64,000 nucleotides of DNA from Candidatus Eiseniibacteriota bacterium (GTDB lineage: Bacteria > Orphanbacterota > Orphanbacteria > Orphanbacterales > Orphanbacteraceae), in contig JBDROZ010000052.1 of the NCBI GenBank assembly GCA_043809585.1, positions 1 through 64,000 of the forward strand, in the 5' to 3' direction. Of the stretch, positions 1 to 8,951 are shown in pieces. The translations under genes and the position numbers were made by a program. The notes below the pieces were generated by a model. It ran no database searches. It saw nothing but the letters and a program-made list of their open reading frames with translations, and was not told the origin of the DNA. Positions within the stretch are counted from its first letter, which is position 1; each line of letters begins with the position of its first letter.

Positions 1-210
1 GGGATAGCGGGGCAGGCTAGAACGCTCGTCGTGCTGCGGGAGCAAACCCTCCCTTTCTCCGGCCTCGTAGGGGTGGTGTTGCGAAAGACGGCAACAGCTC
101 CCCGGTGATGCCCCCATCCCTCCCGGAGCCGCTCCCCCACCCCGCCACCCTTCGGACGGATACTGTTGACGAGCACCACTGTGCCCGGGTGCAGAGGAGG
201 GGTCCGAGGA
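1..210. repeat. Dispersed intergenic repeat R1, copy 1 (uninterrupted, empty-site allele; may extend left of the window)
   Basis: Aligns by eye with 39864-39905 plus 40101-40265 and with 5704-5807 (shared GAACGCTCGTCG, CCCTCCCTTTCTCCGG, CCCATCCCTCCCG, CGAGCAC, GAGGA). Confidence 0.9.
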
Positions 211-278
211 ATATTGAACTTTGGAATGAGCACAACCGCCCAACTACGATAAACTGACCCCGCAACCGCGGGGGGCGT

Positions 279-2828
279 ATGACCGGAGAACGGAAGGGAC
301 TCGGCGAACGGCGGCCGGTCCGGGGGCCGGCGGTGTGGATCCGGGGCATGGAGTCGGCGCCGTTCGGGCCCGCCGCGGGGGCCTGCGCGTTCCTCGTTCT
401 CGTCTATCTCCGCAACCTCTCGGAAAGCGTCTTCGAGAACTCCCGGTTCATCGGCTTCACGGCCGACGGCGGCGCCTCGTCCCTCATGATCTTCGACCAC
501 TTCCTCCTCTTTTACGGGGCGCTCTACGTCGTTCTCGCGCTCGCGATCTCCGCCGCCACGGAATTCGAGCTCGGCCGGGTCCTCCGGGTTCTCCTCTTCG
601 GCTGGGTCCTGATATTGATTCCGCCTCTCGCGGACGCCCTCCTGGGCGGCGGTCGGGGGTTCACGATCACGTACATCCCCGAGTTTACCGGGCGGGCGTT
701 CTCCTTCTTCGACCCCCGGGCGATGCTCCCCGAAGTCTCGCCGGGGCAGAGGATCGAAGTCGGGCTGGGCTTCCTCCTCGTTCTCGCCTACGGGCTTTTC
801 GGCGGCGCCCGCCTGGTGCGGAGCGTTCTCGCGGCGGTCATCTTTTACATGGTCGTCGTCTTCTTCGGGTACCTTCCCGTGCTCGTCGCGAAAATCCCCC
901 TGCCCGGCGGGCTTCCGGCCGGCGATCCCCTCGCGGTCTTCCGGGGGGGCGGGATCATCCTCCACGAGAGCCGGAAGCAGGCCCTCCTCTTTCTTCTCGT
1001 CCTCGTCGCCGGCGGAACGGTGCTCCTCGCGAAGCTCCGGCCCCGGGAGGCCCGCGCCGTTCTCCGTCATCTCCGTCCCCTCCGGACGGCTCACTACGGG
1101 GGCCTCGCCCTGCTCGGCGCCGTCTACGGCGCGGTCCTCTTCGGCCCCTATCTCCCCGGCCCTGCCTTGGGCCACGCCTACGACCTGCTCGGCCTCGGAG
1201 GGATCGTCTTGGCAGTGGCGTTCGCGTTCCAGTGCGGCGCCGCGCTGAACGATCTCGCCGACGTGAGGGGGGACCGGGTCTCCGCTCCGGGCCGGCCCCT
1301 CATGAAGGGCGATTTGGGGGAGAGGGAGACGGCATGCCTCGCCCTCCTCCACGGCGCCGCGGCGCTCTTTCTCGCGTTCAACGTGGGGTACGTTCCCTTT
1401 CTCCTGGTTCTCTTCGCGCTCGCCCTCTCCGCCGTCTATTCCTTGCCCCCCTTCCGGCTGAAGAGGATCCCCTTCGTCGCCACCGGTGTTCTCGGGCTCG
1501 TCTCGGCCTCTTCCTTCCTCGCCGGGTTCTCCCTCTTCGCGGGGGGACGGGCCTACGCCCTTGCCCCCGGCGGGATCCTCTCGGCGATCGTCGCTGGCAT
1601 GGCTCTCGCCTTCACGGCGAAAGACCTGAAGGACGTGGAAGGGGACCGGGCGGACGGCGTCCACACACTTCCGACTCTGCTCGGCGAGAAGAGGGGACGA
1701 CGGGCCGTCGCCTTCCTCGTGGCGGCGGGGTTTCTCGCGCCCGCTCTCTTTCTTCGCTCGCCGGGGATCGTCGCGGCGGGCCTCCCCTTCGCCGCCGCCG
1801 GGGCCCTGCTCACGCTCCGGATTCGGAAGCCGGATCGGGCCCTTCTTCTCCTTTACTTCCCCTTCGCGGCTCTCGTTTTCGCTCTTGTCGTCCGTGACGC
1901 GGATCGGTACCGGAAGCCCGGACACGAGGCGTGGGGAGAGGCTCGGGCCGGCGTGCAGAGGCTTCTCGGTGGGGACGGGGCAGGCGCGGCCCGTTCCTTC
2001 GCCGCGGCGTCCTTCGCCCGCCCCGCGGGAGCCGCGGAGCCTTTTCCTCTGGAGCGGGGCTTCGCCCTGGCCATGTCGGGACGCCGGGAGGAGGCCGTGC
2101 CTTTTCTCCGGGACGCGGTGAGCCGGAGTCCGGATGAAACCAAAGGGTGGACGGCCCTCGCCGACGTGCTCTATCGCTCCGGCGACCGGGAGGGGGCGAA
2201 GGATGCGCTCCGCCGACTCGTCGCGGACCGGACGGATCTTCGGGAAGGGACCCGCCGCCTCGCGGGGATCGCCCTCGAAGCGGGAGACCGGGAGGAGGCG
2301 CGCCGGCAGGTCGCCGCCGAGTTCGTTTTCGGCGTGTTCGAAGAGGAGGCCTGGGAGCACGCGGGGGATCTGGCCCTTCTCGACGGCGATCCCCCCCTCG
2401 CCGCGCGGCGCTACGGTCGCGCCCTCGCCGCCAACCCCCGCTCCCCGGGGGCTTGGGCCGGCCTCGGCCGGGCCCTCCACGGATCGGGCGATCTCGATGG
2501 GGCGTGGCAGGCGTTCGACCGGGCGCTGGCCCTCGACCCGGAGAACGGGGTGATCGCGAACAACGGGGGAGTCACGCTCCGAGACCGGGGGGACGGAGAG
2601 GGGGCGCTCCGTCTCTTCGATCGCGCCCTCGCTCTCGAGCCGGGACTCCTGGACGCCTCGATGAACCGGGCCGGTGTTCTCGAGAGGCTCGGGCGCCGCG
2701 AGGAGGCGGCAAGCGAGTATCGGAAGATACTCGAGTCCCATCCCGACCATGCCCCGGCAAGGGCCCGGCTGAGGGTGCTGTCCGGCGATCCGGGGGGCAG
2801 AATCGCGGCCTCTCCCGGTCCCAAATGA
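279..2828 (+). CDS. UbiA-family prenyltransferase fused to an N-terminal membrane domain and C-terminal TPR repeats
   Basis: Asp-rich motifs NDLADVRGD and KDLKDVEGDRADGVHTLP, many TM helices, TPR pattern (AWAGLGRAL, ALALDPEN, ALALEPG). Start could be 348. Confidence 0.8.
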   Translation: MTGERKGLGERRPVRGPAVWIRGMESAPFGPAAGACAFLVLVYLRNLSESVFENSRFIGFTADGGASSLMIFDHFLLFYGALYVVLALAISAATEFELGRVLRVLLFGWVLILIPPLADALLGGGRGFTITYIPEFTGRAFSFFDPRAMLPEVSPGQRIEVGLGFLLVLAYGLFGGARLVRSVLAAVIFYMVVVFFGYLPVLVAKIPLPGGLPAGDPLAVFRGGGIILHESRKQALLFLLVLVAGGTVLLAKLRPREARAVLRHLRPLRTAHYGGLALLGAVYGAVLFGPYLPGPALGHAYDLLGLGGIVLAVAFAFQCGAALNDLADVRGDRVSAPGRPLMKGDLGERETACLALLHGAAALFLAFNVGYVPFLLVLFALALSAVYSLPPFRLKRIPFVATGVLGLVSASSFLAGFSLFAGGRAYALAPGGILSAIVAGMALAFTAKDLKDVEGDRADGVHTLPTLLGEKRGRRAVAFLVAAGFLAPALFLRSPGIVAAGLPFAAAGALLTLRIRKPDRALLLLYFPFAALVFALVVRDADRYRKPGHEAWGEARAGVQRLLGGDGAGAARSFAAASFARPAGAAEPFPLERGFALAMSGRREEAVPFLRDAVSRSPDETKGWTALADVLYRSGDREGAKDALRRLVADRTDLREGTRRLAGIALEAGDREEARRQVAAEFVFGVFEEEAWEHAGDLALLDGDPPLAARRYGRALAANPRSPGAWAGLGRALHGSGDLDGAWQAFDRALALDPENGVIANNGGVTLRDRGDGEGALRLFDRALALEPGLLDASMNRAGVLERLGRREEAASEYRKILESHPDHAPARARLRVLSGDPGGRIAASPGPK

Positions 2829-2832
2829 TTCA

Positions 2833-2861
2833 TTGACAATAAGATACAGATGTGATACCAT
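2833..2861 (+). promoter_or_regulatory. sigma70-type promoter for the S8 protease
   Basis: TTGACA-17 bp-TACCAT with an extended -10 TG, in an AT-rich intergenic patch. Confidence 0.75.
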
Positions 2862-2975
2862 TCCGGCGGTCGGGTTGGTCGGTGAGTCTCGAGTCCCGGT
2901 GTCCGTTTTCCTCTCACCGGCTGCTCCCTGCAGCAAACCCGAATCGAACATGACCCGTACCAAGGAGGGCAAGGA

Positions 2976-5597
2976 GTGCAACGGAGACTCGCAGTCCTGG
3001 TGTTTTTCGTGATCGTCGTCGTCGGGTTCGGGCTTTTCGCGGCGCCTCCCTCGCCGGGGGCGGACGAAGTACTGATCCCTCTCCATCTCGCCGCCGGGTA
3101 CGGCTTCGATCCGACCGTGTCCGCCCCCGCGGCCGACTCTCGGATTCGTCCGCTCGAAGAAGGCGAGGAGGGATACTTCCTCGTCCAGTTCTCGTTCCCC
3201 GTCGGTGAACGGGAACGGGAGCGCCTGCGCGCATCCGGCGCCGAGCCGGTGGCGTACCAGCCCGACTTCGCGTGGATCGTGCGCGCCACAGAGGCCGCCC
3301 TGACCGCGGCCCGCGCCGTCGATGGGGTCCGCTGGGCCGGCCGGTGGGATCCGGCGTTCAAGAAGAGCCCGCTCATCGGGACCGCGGAGTTCTTCTCCCC
3401 GGGCCGGCGGGAAGATCATCTCCTCACCCTCCGGGTCCGGGTGTTCGACGACCTCGGGGGGACGGCCTCCCAGGCCGAGGAGATCGGATTCGACGTCCTC
3501 GAATCGACGGATGACGGCTTTCAGAAGCTTCTCGTCGTGCACGGCCCCGCCGAGGGTGTGGACGAACTCGCCCGAATCGAGCGGGTTTGGTGGATCGAAG
3601 AGCTTCCTGAGTACCGGCTCCACAACAGCACGACCAAATGGGTGGTCCAGTCGAACGTCTCGGGCCAGACGCCGGTGTGGGACCGGGGTCTTCACGGAGA
3701 GGACGAGATCATCTTCCTCATGGACTCGGGTCTCGACTACAACAGTTGCTGGTTCCGGGACGCGGGGAGCGCCCCCCCCGGACCTTCCCACCGGAAGGTC
3801 ATCTCCTACCAGGCCTACGGGGGAGGGGTCCTCTACGACGGCTGTGATCCGGGGCACGGGACCCATGTGGCGGGGACCGTCGCCGGGGATCAGTCATTCA
3901 TCAATCCGGGGAACTACGGGTACAACGGCATGGCCTACGCCGCGAAGCTCGGCATGCAGGACATTCAGGACAACGACACCTGGACCTGCACGACCGGCGG
4001 TGTTTCGCCTCCCACGAGCCTGACCGGGGCGTATACGGACGCGTACAACGGGGGAGCACGGGTTCACTCCAACAGCTGGGGCGGATCGACCAACGCCTAC
4101 GACGCGTACTGCGTGAACGTGGACGCCTTCATGAACTCCCACCGCGACTTCCTGATCCTCTTCGCCGCGGGCAACGCCGGGTCCGGGGGGAGCACCGTCG
4201 GCTATCCGGGGACGGCGAAGAACTGCATCACCGTGGGGGCCACGCGGCAGGCGCCCAATCAGGAGACGATCGCGGGGTACTCCTCCCGGGGACCCGCGTT
4301 CGACAGCCGGTACAAGCCGACCGTCTCCGCCCCCGGCGGGGAGGCGGGCTACGGCTATATCTGCTCCGCCGACAACAGCCCGAACAATCCGCCGTCGAAC
4401 ACCTGCGCGGTCCAGTGCGATCCGTTCCAGGGGACGTCCATGGCGACCCCCGCCGTGGCCGGTCTCGCGGGGCTCACGCGGCAGTACTTCCGGGAAGGGT
4501 GGTATCCGGGAGGGGCGGCCGGATCGGGGCCTTCCATCACTCCGAGCGCCGCGCTCGTCAAGGCGGTCCTCGTGAACGCCGGGACGGACATCGCCTCGGC
4601 GGATATCCCGAATAACAATGAGGGGTGGGGACGGGTCCTCTTGGACGACGCGCTCCACTTCGCCGGCGACTCCCGGGAGCTCCGGGTGGAGGACGAGGAC
4701 GTCGCCCTCGGAACGGGGCAGTCCGCCGAATTCCCCTACGAGGTGGAGGCGGGCGAGCCGCTCGAGGTGGTCCTCGTCTGGACCGACCCCGCGGCGGCAC
4801 AGAGCGCGTCCATCGCCCTCGTGAACGATCTGGACCTCACCGTCAGCGGGCCTTCGGGGACATTCAAGGGGAACGTCTTCTCCGGCGGGAACTCGGTCGG
4901 AGGCGGGAGCTACGACCGGAGGAACGTGGAGGAAGTGGTCCGTCTCTCCAATCCCTCCCCGGGGACCTACACGGTGCGCGTCGACGGCTACAACGTTCCC
5001 ACGGGTCCCCAGAAGTTCGCCCTCGCCGCCACGGGCGCCTTCATGGACGAGGGGGGCGTGAACGGAGACCTGTCGACGGTGGCCGTGAACGACCATCTCA
5101 TGATGGGGCCGAACGGCGGCGACTCGACGATGACGATCGTCGTGACGGCGAAGGACGGGAACGGCGATCCGATGCCGGGCATCCCGGCGGGCGATGTCGA
5201 GGTCCATCTGGCGGGCGTCTCTTCTCTCGGCGCGGGTTTCATGTTCTGCACCTCCGGAAGCGATCAGGCGACGTTCCTGTCGGGGGACCCGACCGATGCC
5301 TACGGCCGGTGCGCGATCACGGTCTCGAACGTCGGCGGCTGCGGGACGGTCACGGTGTCCGCGACGATCGACGGCGTTCCCCTGACGAATCCGGCAACGG
5401 CGAACGTGAAGAGCCCGGACTTCAACGGCGACGGCAAGGTCGACTTCTTCGACACGTTCAAGTACCTGCCCATGCTGAACTCGGGGACCGGATACTGCGG
5501 CAACCTGAACAACAGCGCCGACGGCGTGGTGAACTTCTTCGACACGGCGAAGTACCTGCCGTACCTGGCGACCGGCTCCCAGTGCCCGATGCCGTAG
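2976..5597 (+). CDS. Secreted S8 subtilisin-like serine protease (KP-43 type) with PPC, Ig-like and dockerin-like C-terminal domains
   Basis: Signal peptide; catalytic motifs MDSGLD, GHGTHVAG, GTSMATP; AAGN oxyanion motif; twin Ca-binding loops DFNGDGKVDFFD and NLNNSADGVVNFFD; AGGAG RBS before GTG. Confidence 0.92.
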   Translation: MQRRLAVLVFFVIVVVGFGLFAAPPSPGADEVLIPLHLAAGYGFDPTVSAPAADSRIRPLEEGEEGYFLVQFSFPVGERERERLRASGAEPVAYQPDFAWIVRATEAALTAARAVDGVRWAGRWDPAFKKSPLIGTAEFFSPGRREDHLLTLRVRVFDDLGGTASQAEEIGFDVLESTDDGFQKLLVVHGPAEGVDELARIERVWWIEELPEYRLHNSTTKWVVQSNVSGQTPVWDRGLHGEDEIIFLMDSGLDYNSCWFRDAGSAPPGPSHRKVISYQAYGGGVLYDGCDPGHGTHVAGTVAGDQSFINPGNYGYNGMAYAAKLGMQDIQDNDTWTCTTGGVSPPTSLTGAYTDAYNGGARVHSNSWGGSTNAYDAYCVNVDAFMNSHRDFLILFAAGNAGSGGSTVGYPGTAKNCITVGATRQAPNQETIAGYSSRGPAFDSRYKPTVSAPGGEAGYGYICSADNSPNNPPSNTCAVQCDPFQGTSMATPAVAGLAGLTRQYFREGWYPGGAAGSGPSITPSAALVKAVLVNAGTDIASADIPNNNEGWGRVLLDDALHFAGDSRELRVEDEDVALGTGQSAEFPYEVEAGEPLEVVLVWTDPAAAQSASIALVNDLDLTVSGPSGTFKGNVFSGGNSVGGGSYDRRNVEEVVRLSNPSPGTYTVRVDGYNVPTGPQKFALAATGAFMDEGGVNGDLSTVAVNDHLMMGPNGGDSTMTIVVTAKDGNGDPMPGIPAGDVEVHLAGVSSLGAGFMFCTSGSDQATFLSGDPTDAYGRCAITVSNVGGCGTVTVSATIDGVPLTNPATANVKSPDFNGDGKVDFFDTFKYLPMLNSGTGYCGNLNNSADGVVNFFDTAKYLPYLATGSQCPMP

Positions 5598-5618
5598 AGA
5601 CCGAGAGGAATAATGGGG

Positions 5619-5703
5619 TTAAATAGGGACAGTCACCTATTAAGAGCAAGTCTCCATGCTAGATTGTGTTTGTCGCGCTTAATAGGTGACTGTCCCTATT
5701 TAA
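5619..5703. mobile_element. MITE/REP-like hairpin element B, copy 1 (TTAA-flanked)
   Basis: Perfect 29-bp inverted repeat at 5616-5644 and 5678-5706 (GGGTTAAATAGGGACAGTCACCTATTAAG); homologous along its whole length to 53623-53708. Confidence 0.85.
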
Positions 5704-5807
5704 CCCATCCCTCCCGAAGCCTGGACCACCGTTCCGCCGTCCTCGGAGCGGATACCGCAAACGAGCACAACTGTCCCAGGGCGCAGAAGAGGGTCCGAGG
5801 ATGATGG
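5704..5807. repeat. Repeat R1, copy 2 (3-prime half only, abutting element B)
   Basis: CCCATCCCTCCCGAAGCC...CGAGCACAACTG...GAGGATGATGG matches about 113-210 and 40167-40271. Confidence 0.85.
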
Positions 5808-5841
5808 TGCTCTGAATCGAGCCCCATACCCTCCCTTCCCC

Positions 5842-7353
5842 CTACCGTCGCCCCCTGCCGCCGCGGCCCCGCCCGCCGCTCCGATTTCGGTCCCGGGACT
5901 GGGACCGGCCGGAGTCGGAATGGGAACGCTCCCGGAGCTCGGGCGCGAGGGGCGCCATCTTGGGGTCGGGCATGTCGGGGTGCGTGTGCAGCGTATTCTG
6001 GTAGTACTCGTCGATCAGCATGGCGATGACGGCGCTCTCGTCCTCGTTCTCGGCGAGCTTCCGGGCGAGGGGGATCATCCGCTCCATCCGCTCCCGGACG
6101 AGACTGTCGAGGCTCCTGAGCTTCTGCTCGAGCTGGGCGGTCACACGCTCGGAAACGACCGCCTGCACGTCCTCGTCCGTCGGAAGGGCCCGGTGCTCCA
6201 TGTCGATGCCGTACCGCTTGGCCACCGCCTTCAGCTCCATCTTTTCCATGATGTCGACGAGGGAGAATGCGATGCCGCTCGCCCCCGCCCGCCCGGTCCG
6301 CCCCGTCCGGTGGATGTACGATTCCTGGTCCTCCGGGAAGTCGTAGAGAATCACGTGGGAGAGGCTCTCGATGTCGATCCCCCGGGCGGCCACGTCCGTG
6401 GCGATGAGGAAACGGAGCTTCCGCTGGTAGACCCGATCGAGCACCTTCTCCCGGGCCTGCTGGGTGAGGTCCGCCGAAAGCTGGTCGGCGTCGTAGCCGA
6501 ACCGCTGAAGCACCTTGGAGACGAAGGCGACGTTCGCCCGGGTGTTGCAGAAGATGATCGCCGAATCGGGGTTTTCCACCTCGATGATGCGGACGAGGGC
6601 CCGGCCCTTCTCCATCTTGTTCACTTCGAAGAAGACGTGTTCCGTCTCGGCGACATGCTCGCCGTCCCGGCTGAGGGAGAGGAAGGCAGGCTCGTCGAGG
6701 AAGAGGCGGGCGAGGTTCCGGACCGCCGCCGGGTAGGTGGCGGAAAACATGAAACCGTCCCGCCGGCGGGGAAGGTACTCGGCGAGGGCGCGCATGTCGG
6801 GGAAGAACCCCATGGAGAGCATCCGGTCCGCTTCGTCGAAGATGAGGATCTTCAGGCGGTCCAGCTTCATCGATCCCCTGAGGAGATGGTCCAGAATCCG
6901 ACCCGGGGTTCCCACGACGAGGTGCGCCCCCTTGCGGAGACCGTCGAGTTGAGGACCGTATCCGACGCCGCCGTAAACCGGGACCGTGCGCACGCCGACC
7001 GGGCCCGACAGGGTCTCCGCCTCGCCGGTCACCTGTCTCGCGAGTTCCCGGGTCGGCACCATGATCAGGGCCTGCACCTCCGCCAGGGACGGATCGAGCC
7101 GCTCGAGGATGGGGAGCAGAAAAGCGCCGGTCTTTCCGGTGCCCGTCCGGGATTGGACCATGAGGTCCCGGCCGGCCCGGATGTAGGGAATCGCCTTCGC
7201 CTGCACCGGCATGAAGGAGGTCCACCCGAGGGATCGGGCCGCCCCCTGGAGCGCTTCGGGGAGTTCGTCGAACGTGGCTTCCGGGAGGGCGTTGGCGGGC
7301 TCTTGAACGGGGCTTCCTCCCGCGGGGTCGATCTTGTGATTCTCTTCGCTCAT
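5842..7353 (-). CDS. DEAD-box RNA helicase
   Basis: Motifs TGTGKT, PTRELA, TPGR, DEADRM, SAT, ARGID, HRTGRTGRAG; RG-rich tail. Confidence 0.96.
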   Translation of the reverse strand: MSEENHKIDPAGGSPVQEPANALPEATFDELPEALQGAARSLGWTSFMPVQAKAIPYIRAGRDLMVQSRTGTGKTGAFLLPILERLDPSLAEVQALIMVPTRELARQVTGEAETLSGPVGVRTVPVYGGVGYGPQLDGLRKGAHLVVGTPGRILDHLLRGSMKLDRLKILIFDEADRMLSMGFFPDMRALAEYLPRRRDGFMFSATYPAAVRNLARLFLDEPAFLSLSRDGEHVAETEHVFFEVNKMEKGRALVRIIEVENPDSAIIFCNTRANVAFVSKVLQRFGYDADQLSADLTQQAREKVLDRVYQRKLRFLIATDVAARGIDIESLSHVILYDFPEDQESYIHRTGRTGRAGASGIAFSLVDIMEKMELKAVAKRYGIDMEHRALPTDEDVQAVVSERVTAQLEQKLRSLDSLVRERMERMIPLARKLAENEDESAVIAMLIDEYYQNTLHTHPDMPDPKMAPLAPELRERSHSDSGRSQSRDRNRSGGRGRGGRGRR

Positions 7354-7508
7354 CTTGGTTCCGCCGCGTACGAGCGCTCCGCCCGGCGCGGTCCTTTCTT
7401 TGAGAAATGAAACAACCGGCTCCTTCCCGAGGGGATCGGGAGCCGGAGGACCGATGGATGCATCATATCATAAAGAAGCGTCATGTCACATATGGAGAAG
7501 GGCGAAGG

Positions 7509-8366
7509 TCACGCGCCGGCGTCCCGCCGCCGGCCCCAGCTCCAGGAGAGGGCATTCGTGGGGCAGGTGCCCAGGCAGTCGCCGCAGCCGTGGCAGTCGG
7601 GCACCACTCTCGACCGCTCGAGGAGCGCCGGCAGTGCCTGGCAGTCCGTCTTCTTCAGGCAGACCCCGCATCCGTTGCAATCGGGAGCCACCCGGATCTT
7701 GCCGAACGAGGCCCGTTCGACCGCCCAGGAGAGCAAACCGATGGGGCAGAAGAGGGAGCAGAAGGGGCGGTAGACGTAGAGGCTCGCCAGCGCGACCGAG
7801 ACCAGCGGGATCCAGACGAGAGGCTTCGTAAGCCCCGTCCAGTGGAGGGCTTCGAAGGGATTGAAGTAGTCGTATGTGATTCGGGCGGCCGTGAAGAGCA
7901 CCACGAAGAAGAGGGCCATGGCGGCCGCGCGAATCGTGTTCGTCAGCCGGAAGGAGAGCCTGTGGCGGCCGAGGCCCGGAATCCGCCCGATCAGCTCCTG
8001 AAAGGCGCCGAGCGGGCAGACCCACGCGCAGAAAGCCTTGCCGCCGACGAGCGTGAAGAGGACCACGGCGCCGACGAGGAGCGTCATGGGATGTCCGATC
8101 CGGCCACTCACGACGGGGAAGGCGATTCCCTTGCCGAAGGAGCACATCGGACTCGGGTGGAGACCGAACGCCTGGGCGGCCCAGGGGAGAAAGATCCCCA
8201 GGATCCCCCCGAGGGTCAGGAACGAGATCCCCTGTAGGACGAGCCGGGACCGCCGCATCGGGCGGTTCCGGGAGAGAAGGATCCAGCCCGCGAGGGCGAG
8301 CAGGAGGAAGAGCATGTATTTCCACGAGAGCAGCAGGCTCGTCATCAAGGACCATTCGACCGTCAT
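7509..8366 (-). CDS. Membrane 4Fe-4S binding protein (NapH/MauN-like)
   Basis: Two CxxxCP motifs (CAWVCP, CSLFCP), ferredoxin motifs CNGCGVC and CHGCGDCLGTCP, TM helices; GGAGG RBS before the ATG at 8366. Confidence 0.85.
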   Translation of the reverse strand: MTVEWSLMTSLLLSWKYMLFLLLALAGWILLSRNRPMRRSRLVLQGISFLTLGGILGIFLPWAAQAFGLHPSPMCSFGKGIAFPVVSGRIGHPMTLLVGAVVLFTLVGGKAFCAWVCPLGAFQELIGRIPGLGRHRLSFRLTNTIRAAAMALFFVVLFTAARITYDYFNPFEALHWTGLTKPLVWIPLVSVALASLYVYRPFCSLFCPIGLLSWAVERASFGKIRVAPDCNGCGVCLKKTDCQALPALLERSRVVPDCHGCGDCLGTCPTNALSWSWGRRRDAGA

Positions 8367-8407
8367 CGGTTCCTCCGGAGGGGAGCATCTTTCGCAGGTT
8401 ACACCGG

Positions 8408-8436
8408 ATTGTATCAGGGCCCCGGAGGGGGGACAA
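8408..8436 (-). promoter_or_regulatory. sigma70-type promoter for the 4Fe-4S protein gene
   Basis: Minus strand TTGTCC-17 bp-TACAAT with extended -10 TG. Confidence 0.6.
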
Positions 8437-8951
8437 CGGGGGAGTCGCGCGCCGGCGGGGCGGCTCCGGGACACCGGCCCCCCAGCCGAACTTCAGGGAA
8501 GCCGGTTTCGGTGATCGATCGCTCGGGACCGGGGACCCACGAATCCGCCGAGCCGAAGGCGGGCCCTACGCAACCGGCTACCCCGTGGGCAATTAGAACG
8601 ACTTGCCCGCGAAGCCTCCCGCTCCGCCCCCTCGATTTTTTGGGGGGGCGGCCGCGTCGAACGGATCGATCTCGAGGGGGCCGCGGAGAAGGGGCACTTT
8701 CGCCTTGCGATCCCCGGTCGCCCGTGTAAGATACCGGGTGAATTCCCGACCCGAAACCCACGAACAGGTGACGATCTTTGAGTATCGATTTGAGGACCGA
8801 CGGCGGATCCTCCCCCCCCGCGACGGCGACGGAGGAGACGGATCGCGGGGAGCCGGAGAAAGACCCGGCTTCCCATGACAGGAAGGATCTCCCGGATCGG
8901 GGCGGGCCCGGACGGTCCGGTCGCGCGAAACCGGGGCGCCGGGAACCGACC

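Noticed and set aside
17-349. Similar minus-strand peptides at 17-349 and 39906-40286 (GRDGGITGE...PPLR.RRKGG) as a small gene family
   Set aside because: The similarity follows from the R1 DNA repeat; starts and stops are not shared and copy 2 is partial.
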